Below, one piece after another: positions 23,288 through 35,143 of a stretch of 64,000 bases of DNA (position 1 is its first letter; each line of letters begins with the position of its first letter). The translations under genes and the position numbers were made by a program. The notes beneath the pieces are model-generated. The model was not told the DNA's origin. It made no database searches and was given only the letters and a program-made list of their open reading frames with translations. The DNA is from Ranitomeya imitator (lineage: Eukaryota): assembly GCF_032444005.1 (NCBI RefSeq), contig NC_091282.1:740590001-740654000 (forward strand), given 5' to 3'.

Positions 23288-23978
23288 CTTGTGTTCTCTG
23301 CGGTCTCTGGTGTCCACCTGTTCTATCAGGATATGGGAGTTTCCTATTTAACCTGGCTTTCTTGTCATTTCCTCGCCGGCGATCAATGTAATCAGTGTGT
23401 CTTGTTGCCTCTGCTTTCCGCTTCGGTGATCTTCAGGACTAGCTAAGTTTTTTATTTTCCTGTTCCACGTTTTGCTTTATTTTTGTTTTAGTCCAGCTTG
23501 CAGTTATGTGATTCCTTGCTGGTTGCTCTAGTGGGCTGATATTACTCCTCATGTTCCATGAGTTGGCACATGAGTTCAGGTAATTTCAGGATGGTTTTTT
23601 GTAGGGTTTTTCGCTGACCGCGCAGTTCACTTTTGTATCCTCTGCTATCTAGTTTTAGCGGGCCTCATTTTGCTGAATCTGTTTTCATTACTACGTATGT
23701 GCTTTCCTCTCATTTCACCGTCATTACATGTGGGGGGCTGCTATTTCTGTGGGGTGTTTCTCTGGAGGCAAGAGAGGTCTTTGTTTCTTCTAATAGGGGA
23801 AGCTAGTCCTTCGGCTGGCGCGAGATGTCTAGAATCATCGTAGGCACGTTCCCCGGCTACTGCTAGTGTTGTGAATTAGGTTCAGGATCGCGGTCAGCTC
23901 AGTTTCCATCACCCTAGAGCTTGTTCTGTTTTTTGTGTGCTTGTCCTTTTGTGATCCCCTGCCATTGGGATCATGACA
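23233..23978 (+). repeat. 3' LTR of chromovirus 1
   Basis: Near-identical to 18266-19014. Confidence 0.95.
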
Positions 23979-24941
23979 GTGGTCTGAGGATTGTCCTTGA
24001 CTGATCTCACCATTCTTCTCTGCCTTTCTGATGTTTTTCTTGGCCTGCCACTTCTGGCCTTAACAAGAACTGTACCTGTGTTCTTCCATTTCCTTACTAT
24101 GTTCCTCACAGTAGAAATTGACAGGGTAAATCTCTGAGACAGCTTTTTGTATCCTTCCCCTGAACAACTATGTTGAATAATCTTTGTTTTCAGATCATTA
24201 GACAGTTGTTTTGAGGCGCCCATGATGCCACTCCTCGCAAGTGGCCACTTTAACCCCTTCCTGACCTTTGACGCAGCATATACGTCATGGTTGGATTGCG
24301 CTCCTGCAGGCCGGGTTAACTGTAATTTCACCCGACCTGCAGGGACAGGGGGAGTTGTACTTGAGCCCGGGGGGGGGGGGGTGGCTTCGTCCACCTTCCC
24401 CCCGTGGCTAAGATCGCTCTGATTGGCTGTTGAAAGTGACGTTTCACTTTGACTTTTAATCAGAGCAATAGTAATATTTCACCAATGAAAATTGGTGAAA
24501 TATTACAATCCAGCCATGGCCGATGCTGCAATAGCATCAGCCATGGCTGGAGATCGCGATCTGCCCCCGCCACCGATCTCCTCCCCTCCGTCCTCAGTCC
24601 TGTCATCTAGTGTCCTCCGCTCCCCTCCGTCCTCCTGTCCGCTCCCCCCGCAGTCCGATCTCCCCCCCTCATACTTACCGACCTCCTGTGTCCCTCCCGG
24701 TGTCCGTCCGTCTGTTCCATGGGCGCCGCCATCTTCCAAAATGGCGGGCGCATGCGCAGCGCGCCCGCCGAATCTGCCGGCCGGCAGATTTGTTACAGGT
24801 ACATTTTGACCGCTGTGATAGGTTCTATCACAGCGATCAGAATAAAAAAATAAATAAACCCCCCCTTTATCACCCCCATAGGTAGGGACAACAATAAAAT
24901 AAAGAAAATATATATATTTTTTTTTTGCCCCACTAGGGTTA

Positions 24942-25281
24942 GGGTTGGTTCACACTGCGTCTAGGCAGTCCGTTAGACGGACTACGTTACACTGCGGCAT
25001 GAACGCGGTGTAACGTAGTCCGTTACGGCCGCCATTGACAGCAATGTCGGACGCATCACTAGCGCACACCCACAATGGGCGTGCGCTAGGGATGTGCCGT
25101 CATTGAGTGACGGACCCGGAGACGCGGGCTGCAGCGTTTCTGGGTCCGTCACTGCTAGCGCAGATAGAGCTAGCAGATGCTCTATCTGCGCTAGCGCGAT
25201 GCAAACGTCGGCACTTGCGCTAGCAGCAGCCCGTTAGCGTATGTGTTGAACGGGCTGCTGCTAGGCAGTGTGAACCTGGCC
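24942..25281. mobile_element. Harbinger-type MITE
   Basis: TTA TSD; GGTTCACACTG / CAGTGTGAACC termini; palindromic interior. Confidence 0.8.
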
Positions 25282-25856
25282 TTAGGGTTAGGGTTACGGC
25301 TAGAATTAGGGTTAGAACTAGGGTTAGAATTAGGCTATGTACACACGGTGTGGATTTGGCTGCGGATCCACAGCGGATTGGCCGCTGCGGATTCGTAGCA
25401 GTTTTCCCTGTACCATGTAACCTATGGAAAACCAAATCCGCTGTGCCCATGGTGCGGAAAATACCGCGCGGAAACGCTGTGTTGTATTTTCCGTAGCATG
25501 TCAATTCTTTGCGCGGATTCCGCAGCGTTTTACACCTGTTCCTCAATAGGAATCCACAGGTGAAATCCGCACAAAAAACACTGGAAATCCGCAGGTAAAA
25601 TGCAGTGCCTTTTACATTCGGATTTTTCAAAAATGGTGCGGAAAAATCTCACGAATCCGCAACGTGGGCACATAGCCTTAGGGTTGGAATTAGGGCTAGG
25701 GTTGGAAATAGGGTTAAGATTAGGCTGTGGTTAGGGTTAGGGGTGTGTTGGGGTAAGGGTTGGGATTAGGGTTAGGGTTGGGATTAGGGTTAGGGGTGTG
25801 TTGGGGTTAGGGTTGTGTTTAGGGGTGTGTTGGGGTTAGGGTTGTGATTAGGGTCT
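25282..25856 (+). repeat. Degenerate (TTAGGG)n telomere-like tract, interrupted by a MITE
   Basis: TTAGGG, TTGGGA, TTAGAA and TAGGGC variants at 25282-25332 and 25678-25856. Confidence 0.85.
25333..25677. mobile_element. Harbinger-type MITE
   Basis: TTA TSD; GGCTATGTACACACG ... CGTGGGCACATAGCC. Confidence 0.88.
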
Positions 25857-27628
25857 ATTTTCCAAAATGGGGTCACTTGTGGGGGTTTCTACTGTTTAGG
25901 CACATCAGGGGCTCTGCAAATGCAACGTGACACCCGCAGACCATTCCATCAAAGTCTGCATTTCAAAAGTCACTACTTCCCTTCCGAGCCCCTACGTGTG
26001 CCCAAACAGTGGCTCCCCCCCACATATGGGGTATCAGCGTACTCAGGACAAACTGGACAACAACTTTTTGGGTCCAATTTCTCCTGTTATTCTTGTGAAA
26101 ATAAAAAATTGTGGGCTAAAAAATAATTTTTGAGGAAAGAAAAATGATTTTTTATTTTCACGGCTCTGCGTTATAAACTTCTATGAAGCACTTGAGGGTT
26201 TAAAGTGGTCACCGCATATCTAGATTAGTTCCTTGGGAGGTCTAGTTTCCAAAATGGGGTCACATGTGGGGGAGCTCAAATGTTTAGGCACACAGGGGCC
26301 CTCCAAACGCGACATGGTGTCCGCTAACGATTAGAGCTAATTTTTCATTCAAAAAGTCAAATGGCGCTTCTTCCCTTCCGAGCCCTGCCGTGTGACCAAA
26401 CAGTGGTTTACCCCCACATGTGAGGTATCAGTGTACTCAGGAGAAATTGCCCAATAAATTTTAGGATCCATTTTATCCTGTCGCCCATGTGGAAATGAAC
26501 AAATTGAGGCTAAAATAAATTTTTGGTGAAAAAAAAAAGTACTTTTTCATTTTTACGGATCAATTTGTGAAGCACCTGGAGGTTTAAAATGCTCACTATG
26601 CATCTAGATAAGCTCCTTGGGGGGTCTAGTTTCCAAAATGGGGTCACTTGTGGGGGAGCTCCAATGTTTAGGCACACAGGGGCTCTCCAAACGCGACATG
26701 GTGTCCGCTAAAGATTGGAGCCAATTTTTCATTGAAAAAGTCAAATGACGCTCCTTCCCTTCCGAGCCCTGTCGTGTGCCCAAACCGTGGATCCCCCCCA
26801 CATATGGGGTATCGGCGTACTCAGGACAAATTGTACAATAACTATTGGTGTCCTGTTTCTCTTTTTACCCTTGGCAAAATAAAAAAATTGTTGCTAAAAC
26901 ATCATTTTTGTGACTAAAAAGTTAAATGTTCATTTTTTCCTTCCATGTTGCTTCTGCTGCTGTGAAGCACCTGAAGGGTTAATAAACTTCTTTAATGTGG
27001 CTTTGAGCACCTTGAGGGGTGCAGTTTTTAGAATGGTGTCACTTTTGGGTCTTTTCACCCATATAGACCCCTCAAACTGACTTCAAATGTGAGTTGGTCC
27101 CTAAAAAAAAAATGGTTTCGTAAATTTCGTTGTAAAAATGAGAAATCGCTGGTCAAATATTAACCCTTATAACTTCCTAGCAAAAAAAAAAATTTGTTTC
27201 CAAAATTGTGCTGATGTAAAGTAGACATGTGGGTAATGTTATTTATCAACTATTTTGTGTCACATAGCTCTCTCATTTAACAGAATAAAAATTCAAAATT
27301 AGAAAATTGCGAAAGTTTCAAAATTTTAGCCAAATTTCCATTTTTTTCACAAATAAAGAGAAAAATTATCAACCTAAATTTACCACTATCATCAAGCCCA
27401 ATATGTCACGATAAAACATTCTCAGAACCGCTAGGATTCGTTGAAGCGTTCCTGAGTTATTACCTCATAAAGGGACACTGGTCAGAATTTCAAAAAGCAG
27501 TCAGGTCATTAAGGTCAAAATAGGCTGGGTCATGAAGGGGTTAAGTAGCTTTTCTCATGATTGCATACACCTGGCTATGAAGTTCAAAGCTCAATGAGGT
27601 TAGAAAACCAAAAAAAGTGCTTTAGTAA

Positions 27629-28362
27629 AGGTACCTTCACACATAACGATATTGTTAACTATATCGTTGCTTTTTGTGACGTAGCAACGATATCGTTAAT
27701 AAAATCGTTATGTGTGACAGCGACCAACGATCAGGCCCCTGCTGGGAGATCGTTGGTCGCTGAAGAAAGTCCAGAACTTTATTTCGTCGCTGGATCTCCC
27801 GTGGACATCGCTGGATCGGCGTGTCTGACACCGATCCAGCGATGTCTTCACTGGTAACCAGGGTAAACATCGGGTAACTAAGCGCAGGGCCGCACTTAGT
27901 AACCCGATGTTTACCCTGGTTACCATCCTAAAAGTAAAAAAACAAACAGTACATACTTACCTACCGCTGTCTGTCCCCGGCGCTGTGCTCTGCACTCCTC
28001 CTGTACTGGCTGTGAGCGTCGGTCAGCCGGAAAGCAGAGCGGTGACGTCACCGCTCTGCTTTCCGGCCGCTGTGCTCACACAGACAGTACAGGAGGAGTG
28101 CAGAGCACAGCGCTGGAGGACAGACAGCGGTAGGTAAGTATGTACTGTTTGTTTTTTTTACTTTTAGGATGGTAACCAGGGTAAACATCGGGTTACTAAG
28201 CGCGGCCCTGCGCTTAGTTACCCGATGCTTACCCTGGTTACCGGCATCGTTGGTCGCTGGAGAGCGGTCTGTGTGACAGCTCTCCAGCGACCAAACAGCG
28301 ACGCTGCAGCGATCCGGATCGTTGTCGGTATCGCTGCAGCGTCGCTTAATGTGAAGGGGCCT
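27629..28362. mobile_element. Harbinger-type palindromic MITE
   Basis: TAA TSD (27626-27628, 28363-28365); AGGTACCTTCACA / TGTGAAGGGGCCT; extensive internal inverted repeats. Confidence 0.88.
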
Positions 28363-29421
28363 TAAGTCAGTAAAAAGTAGGTAGGAGTATTTAAAACTAA
28401 TTTTTTTTAATTTATGCACATGTCAAATTTTGTTTGAATGCAGATTGCAAATTTTCTGTTAGTACAATAAACCTCATTTCAAGGCAGAAACATTACTGTA
28501 TCCATCAGTTATTAGCTGTTGCAAAAAAAAAACAATTTTTATAAAACATTAAGATTAATAGGGGTGCCCAAACTTTTTCATCTCTCTCTCTCTCTCGACA
28601 AGGTTTGAAAAAAATATTTTTATTTGAAATAATAATTTTCTCCTTCAAACTTTGTTTTCGTCAAAGAATTTGCAGCAATTACAGCATTGCAGACCTTTGG
28701 CTTTCTAGCAATTTATTTGCTGAGGTAATCGGGATAAATTTCACCCCATACTTCCAGAAGCCCCTCCCACAAGTTGGTTTGGCTTGATGGGCACTTTTTG
28801 CGTACCATACGGTCAATCTGCTCCCACAACAGCTCAATGGGGTTGAGATCTGGTGACTGCGCTGGCCACTCCATTACAGATAGAATACCTTCTTCGTCCC
28901 TAAATAGTTCTTGCATAATTTGGAGGTGTGCATTGGGTCATTGTCGTTTTGTAGTATGAAATTGGCTCCAATTAAGCGTTGTCAACAGGATATGGCATGG
29001 CGTTGCAAAATGGAGTGATAGCCTTCCTTATTCAAAATCCATTTTACCTTGTACAAATCTCCCACTTTACCAGCACCAACACAAACCCAGGCCATCATAT
29101 TACCTCAACCATGCTTGACAGATGGCGTCAGGCACTCTTCCAGCATCTTTTCAGTTGTTCTGCGTCTCACAAATGTTCTGTGTGATCCAAACACCTCAAA
29201 TTTGGATTTGTCTGTCCATAACACTTCCAATCTTCCTCTGTCCAGTGTCTATGTTCTTTTGCCCATATTAATCTTTTCCTTTTATTAGCCAGTCTCATAT
29301 ATGGCCTTTTATTTGCCACTCTGCCCTGAAGGCCAGCATCCAGTAGTCGCCTCTTCACTGTAGACGTTGACACTGGCGTTTTACGTGTACTATTTAAAGA
29401 AGCTGCCAGTTGGGGACCTAA

Positions 29422-29963
29422 GGCTGCTTTCACACATCAGGTTTTTGGTTTCAGCCTAAATCCGGCAAATTTGCTAAAAAAACCGATCCGGCGTAAATTG
29501 TGAAAAACTGATGCACCGGATCCGTTTTTTAGCTGGATCCGGCTCTCTGTACTGCGCATGGTTTCTTACTTCCTGGTGAAGGAGGAGGAAGAGAGAGAGA
29601 GGGAGGAGGAGGAGGAAGAGAGAGACACTTCTGGGCATGCTCAATGTGTTAAAAACGTATTCGGGCGCCGGAAACGTTCATTCATACATCCGTTCCATGC
29701 GTTTATTGCCAGAAAAGTCCCTTCAGGCTTTTTCGCCGGACACAAAAAACGTTGCAGGAGATGTTTTTTGTGTCCGGCAAAAAAGCCTGAAGGGACGGAT
29801 CTGGCACAAAACAGATGAAACGCATGTCCTTCAGGCACAATCCGGTGCTAATAGAACTCTATGGGGAAAAAACGGATCCGGTGTAAGAAAAAAACTGTTC
29901 CGGATTGTGCCTGAAACTGCCGGATTGTGCCTGAAAGAAAAAACCTGATGTGTGAAAGCAGCC
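29422..29963. mobile_element. Harbinger-type MITE
   Basis: TAA TSD; TIR GGCTGCTTTCACACATCAGGTTTTT. Confidence 0.92.
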
Positions 29964-30120
29964 TAACAGGCGTCGATTTCTCAAACTATTGATAAATCAA
30001 CGTGTGCACAACCTACAGTGGTGCATGGGTAGGTTCCCAAACCGTAATACCAAGCAAGTAAGAAACCCAGCACTCAACTTTGCGGTGAGAAGAAAATTGG
30101 GTAGTTTATTGTATCCCAAA

Positions 30121-30160
30121 CAAAATGTTTCGGTCACATACAAGACCTTCGTCATTAACT
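30121..30160 (-). ncRNA. Degenerate hammerhead ribozyme in the inverted PLE arm
   Basis: Same position as the plus copies, but the core reads ATGACGA and GAAACATT (two core substitutions). Confidence 0.6.
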
Positions 30161-33100
30161 GAAAATTACATATATCAAAACAAATCATGTAATAAGGGTA
30201 ATATCAACACAAAAAACTAATAAACAAAGTATTTACACAGAATACACATGGACAACCGTACATGTACATGGCAATAAAGGTGTTACTATGGTGCGCATAT
30301 GGTAATGGAGAGTAATAGATAATGGCACAGTGAGTGAGAGAGAGACAGAGGAAAGATTACGTACCAAATGTCGGGATAGAAGATGAATGCTTATTGGCTA
30401 TACACGCTGCCTATAGAAAAAAGGGGAAGATAGTGGCAAAACCCGATAAGATTCGGAAGTGTAGTAATATAGTGGGAACTAAGGTAAAAGGAGCCTACCG
30501 ATGAAATAAAGGTACAGCGCTAATTCCAAATAGAAGAAGATGTATCCTAGATCAGCCTAGAATGGAAATAGAGCAATCCTGTAGAAAGCAGCATACAAAT
30601 GTAGAATCGCACAGATATAATATATATAAGGTGCTATACCTTACAGATGGCCGGAACCGCGGTGTCCACCGCTGTGTAGGTAAGGACTGGAGAGAGGAGG
30701 GCCTATTTAAATACCTATGGGCGGGAAATCCGCCGGTATAGTGGGTGCTATGTGTGCTGCGTCGCGTGCTTACCACAAGGGGAAGCGGAAGTGACGCGCT
30801 GAGATAGACAAGGCATATGCGCATAGTGCACCAATAGAGGACGGTGCAGGGCGAGGGCCAGATGTGGCGTACCGGAAGTGGGGCACCGGACGCATCCAGA
30901 ACAAGCCCGGTCGCCATGATGGATGGGGCAGGCTGTACTCCATAGGGGCGCTGGGAGTATGGGGAACAAAAACCGGATGTGACGCACCGGAAGTGGGGCG
31001 TCAGGCGACAGCAAACTTAGTTAGGTTGCCATATTGGGAAAGGCACATTATGCTTTAAAGTGTCCGCTGTAAAATGTGGCATAGAGGCAGGGGTATATGG
31101 TATAATGCAGTGCATAAGCCCTAGGGGCTAAAGTAATATAACAGGGAAGAGACGTAGGCATACATAAAGAAAAGAGGGGAGAGAAGGGAAGAGAAAGGGA
31201 AGATGATGCAGAGTATATAATCACATAGACTAATATTAACAGTAGAAAAATACTTTAATTGAGAAACAGGGAAGTGACAATGAGTGACCAGCTGAAAAAT
31301 AAAAAGATCAGAAAAAGAAAAGAAACGCTGGGGGTGGACGTGACTAATCCGGAGCACTATGACAGTGAGTGGACAAGATGGTGCTCGTTATCCGTGGTGC
31401 CAATAAATCAATACAGACGGCTCTAAAAAGACAGAGAGAAAGCAATTAGTAACATTACATAGCAACAAATATCTCACAAACGCCATGAGTTCATAATCAC
31501 GATTAAGGCCCTTAGGGGCCAATGTCTCCAAGGTGTGTATCCAGAACGCCTCTTTCCTGTGGAGTAAAGCGACTCTGTCACCGCCCCTCCTAGGAGGTGG
31601 TGCTCTATCGATGACCTGGTATCTCAATTGAGAGATTGAATGGCCTGCTGAGTGAAAGTGGTGTGTAATTGGCAAGAGTAGATTCTGACATCGAATAGTA
31701 GATTTATGTTTCGAAATCCTGTCTCTTACTGACTGTGTGGTCTCGCCCACATATAACAACCCACATGGGCACTTGATCAGGTACACAACGTACGAAGACT
31801 CGCACGTGAAGAATTGATTAATCCTAAAGGTCTTGCCTGATCTGGGGTGTTGGAAAGTGTTGCCCTTTAGTACATTGTGGCATTGTGCGCAATGGAGGCA
31901 TGGTAATGTGCCATTCCTTGGGCGTGATAGGAACAGTTGTCTACGTTGGTATGCCAACCCAATATCGGCTTTGACTAAACCATCCCTCAAATTGGGTGGC
32001 CTTCTGAAGCATGGTAGAAAAGGTGATCTGAACTCAGGTATATCCGGGTGGGCTGTGGACAGGAGATGTCAGTGTCGTCTGATGGCCTTGTGAAGGATGA
32101 AAGAGAAGGGGTGGTATGAGTGCACAAAGGGAATACGTTTACCCTGATCTCTGGTGGAATGCCTAGGTGGGGGATCTCTCGATTGTGCAAGGACCCTTGG
32201 TGGATAACCCCTCTCTATGAATTTAGAGGTCATATTTTGAAGTCGATTCTCACATAGGGTTCTGTCTGGTACTATACGCTTTACTCGTTGAAACTGCGAT
32301 ATCGGTATTGAGCGTTTGGTGGATGGTGGGTGAAAACTATGGTAATGTAACAAGCTATTTCTGTCCGTTGGTTTGGTAAAGAGGTCTCTAGTGAGACCAA
32401 CGTAGACAACTGTTCCTATCACGCCCAAGGAATGGCACATTTCCATGCCTCCATTGCGCACAATGCCACAATGTACTAAAGGGCAACACTTTCCAACACC
32501 CCAGATCAGGCAAGACCTTTAGGATTAATCAATTCTTCACGTGCGAGTCTTCGTACGTTGTGTACCTGATCAAGTGCCCATGTGGGTTGTTATATGTGGG
32601 CGAGACCACACAGTCAGTAAGAGACAGGATTTCGAAACATAAATCTACTATTCGATGTCAGAATCTACTCTTGCCAATTCCACACCACTTTCACTCAGCA
32701 GGCCATTCAATCTCTCAATTGAGATACCAGGTCATCGATAGAGCACCACCTCCTAGGAGGGGCGGTGACAGTCGCTTTACTCCACAGGAAAGAGGCGTTC
32801 TGGATACACACCTTGGAGACATTGGCCCCTAAGGGCCTTAATCGTGATTATGAACTCATGGCGTTTGTGTGATATTTGTTGCTATGTAATGTTACTAATT
32901 CCTTTCTCTCTGTCTTTTTAGAGCCGTCTGTATTGATTTATTGGCACCACGGATAACGAGCACCATCTTGTCCACTCACTGTCATAGTGCTCCGGATTAG
33001 TCACGTCCACCCCCAGCGTTTCTTTTCTTTTTCTGATCTTTTTATTTTTCAGCTGGTCACTCATTGTCACTTTCCTGTTTCTCAATTAAAGTATTTTTCT

Positions 33101-34175
33101 ACTGTTAATATTAGTCTATGTGATTATATACTCTGCATCATCTTCCCTTTCTCTTCCCTTCTCTCCCCTCTTTTCTTTATGTATGCCTACTTCTCTTTTC
33201 TGTTATATTACTTTGGCCCCTAGGGCTTATGCACTGCATTATACCATATACCCCTGCCTCTATGCCACATTTTACAGCGGACACTTTAAAGCATAATGTG
33301 GCTTTCCCAATATGGCAACCTAACTAAGTTTGCTGTCGCCTGACGCCCCACTTCCGGTGCGTCACATCCGGTTTTTGTTCCCCATACTCCCAGCGCCCCT
33401 ATGGAGTACAGCCTGCCCCATCCATCATGGCGACCGGGCTTGTTCTGGATGCGTCCGGTGCCCCACTTCCGGTACGCCACATCCGGCCCTCACCCTGCAC
33501 CGTCCTCTATTGGTGCACTATGCGCATATGCCTTGTCTATCTCAGCGCGTCACTTCCGCTTCCCCTTGTGGTAAGCACGCGCTGCAGCACACATAGCACC
33601 CACTATACCGGCGGATTTCCCGCCCATAGGTATTTAAATAGGCCCTCCTCTCTCCAGTCCTTACCTACACAGCGGTGGACACCGCGGTTCCGGCCATCTG
33701 TAAGGTATAGCACCTTATATATTATATCTGTGCGATTCTACATTTGTATGCTGCTTTCTACAGGATTGCTCTATTTCCATTCTAGGCTGATCTAGGATAC
33801 ATCTTCTATTTGGAATTAGCGCTGTACATTTATTTCATCGGTAGGCTCCTTTTACCTTAGTTCCCACTATATTACTACACTTCCGAATCTTATCGGGTTT
33901 TGCCACTATCTTCCCCTTTTTTCTATAGGCAGCGTGTATAGCCAATAAGCAGTCATCTTCTATCCCGACATTTGGTATGTAATCTTTCCTCTGTCTCTCT
34001 CTCACTCACTGTGCCATTATCTATTACTCTAAATTACCATATGCGCACCATAGTAACACCTTTATTGCCATGTACATGTACGGTTGTCCATGTGTATTCT
34101 GTGTAAATACTTTGTTTATTAGTTTTTTGTGTTGATCTTACCCTTATTACATGATTTGTTTTGATATATGTAATT

Positions 34176-34222
34176 TTCAGTTACTGACGAAGGTCTTGTA
34201 TGTGACCGAAACGTTTTGTTTG
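34176..34222 (+). ncRNA. Minimal hammerhead ribozyme in the PLE pseudo-LTR
   Basis: CTGACGA (34184-34190), stem II GGTC/GACC, GAAA (34208-34211), ACGT palindrome, GUU site. Stem I is weak. Confidence 0.75.
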
Positions 34223-34387
34223 GGATACAATAAACTACCCAATTTTCTTCTCACCCCAAAGTTGAGTGCTGGGTTTCTTACTTGCTTGGTATTACGGTTT
34301 GGGAACCTACCCATGCACCACTGTAGGTTGTGCACACGTTGATTTATCATTAGCATTTTCCCATACGTGTGGCACACCTTTTTGGCT

Positions 34388-35143
34388 ATGACCTCTTCCA
34401 CATTCTCTTACAACAATGATGAGAGTTCCTCTATATTGGCACAGTCCACCCTATCCAGTGATTTTCTAAAGGTTCCTCCAAGGGAAACTCGTGGACGTGA
34501 CCTTGAACGAGCACTTAGGCACCAAGTGAACATAGAACTGCACTGCGCCACCCTCTCCGAATATTTTCGTGTTAAAAGGATTCCGCGGGGACTTCGTGCA
34601 CCGCTGCGTCCTACTTTATTTAGTGACTGTCCTGATTTTTGCCTGAGATTCGAACAGATTCTTAACAAATGTTCGTTTGATTTGATAACACTCACCCTAG
34701 AGAATCTCCATAAAGCCATCGATTCCAACGCAGCCAGGATTAAAAGCATCGAGACTCAACTCACCACCACCGGCACGGCAGAGGAAGTGAGCTCTTTAAG
34801 AGCCCAGATCCAGGAGCGCATTGACCTACACAAAAGGGATACTGAGAACCGTAAAAGGAACAAGTTTTCCCGCGACACCATAGATTACGAGACCAACCAA
34901 GTGTACCGGTGGCAAGATAGTACTTCTTCTTCCCGACGTCAGCCTCCACGCAACCACAGATCCTCCACGGATTATTCCACCTCCGGCTCAGAACCAGAGA
35001 GGAGCTCTAACCCCTCCACCTCAGCTTCTTCTTTTTTAGGACCGCGACGTCGTTTTCCAAAAAGAAGACCCGACGGAGCAAATCAAAGAAGGGATACCAC
35101 GGAACAGCGGATCACCAGATCCAAGGTACTGAATCGTTGGTAG
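34388..35143 (+). CDS. PLE ORF1 / N-terminal basic coiled-coil domain
   Basis: ATG at 34388 (the track start at 34367 is GTG). Motif YFRVKRIPRGLR...ILNKCSFDLI...VYRW is typical of Neptune N-termini as recalled. Arg/Ser-rich tail. Confidence 0.75.
   Translation: MTSSTFSYNNDESSSILAQSTLSSDFLKVPPRETRGRDLERALRHQVNIELHCATLSEYFRVKRIPRGLRAPLRPTLFSDCPDFCLRFEQILNKCSFDLITLTLENLHKAIDSNAARIKSIETQLTTTGTAEEVSSLRAQIQERIDLHKRDTENRKRNKFSRDTIDYETNQVYRWQDSTSSSRRQPPRNHRSSTDYSTSGSEPERSSNPSTSASSFLGPRRRFPKRRPDGANQRRDTTEQRITRSKVLNRW

Larger units (their letters stand above)
18266..23978 (+). mobile_element. Full-length Ty3/Gypsy chromovirus (Tf1/sushi-like) LTR retrotransposon 1
   Basis: TG...CA LTRs at 18266-19014 and 23233-23978 (about 2 substitutions and one 3 bp indel seen by eye). 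PPT 23217-23229. TSD GTGGTC. Confidence 0.97.
24254..27540. mobile_element. Non-autonomous piggyBac-type element with internal ~385 bp subrepeats and telomere-like tract
   Basis: TTAA TSD (24250-24253, 27541-27544); TIR CCCCTTC(C/A)TGACC. Subrepeats marked by AAAATGGGGTCAC near 25864, 26252 and 26636. No transposase ORF. Confidence 0.88.
17262..28581 (-). mobile_element. Tc1 transposon B (long TIRs), split by three nested insertions
   Basis: Left TIR CAGTTATATGAAAAAGTTTGGGCACCCCTATTAATC; right TIR ...AATAGGGGTGCCCAAACTTTTTCAT lacking its last bases. Transposase pieces at 24223-23979 (MGASKQLSND...GRPRK) and 18265-17491 (WTDETK, FQPDNDPKH, ...GGSTKY). Confidence 0.92.

Noticed and set aside
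22472-23317. 281 aa antisense ORF in chromovirus 1 (possible accessory or env-like gene)
   Set aside because: Shadow of the T-rich integrase frame. The equivalent in element 2 is shorter (42196-42627), and no signal peptide or TM pattern is evident.
25282-25856. Relic of a true telomere or chromosome fusion
   Set aside because: The tracts are degenerate, sit at the same position within three copies of one transposon family, and show no head-to-head TTAGGG/CCCTAA junction.
31388-32832. Stand-alone GIY-YIG nuclease ORFs (31388-31990, 32069-32461, 32560-32832)
   Set aside because: Truncated duplicates of the PLE C-terminus produced by the inverted/tandem structure.
35126-35143. GT...AG micro-intron joining ORF1 and ORF2
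   Set aside because: Only 18 nt, too short for the spliceosome, and an 18 nt removal would not change frame.
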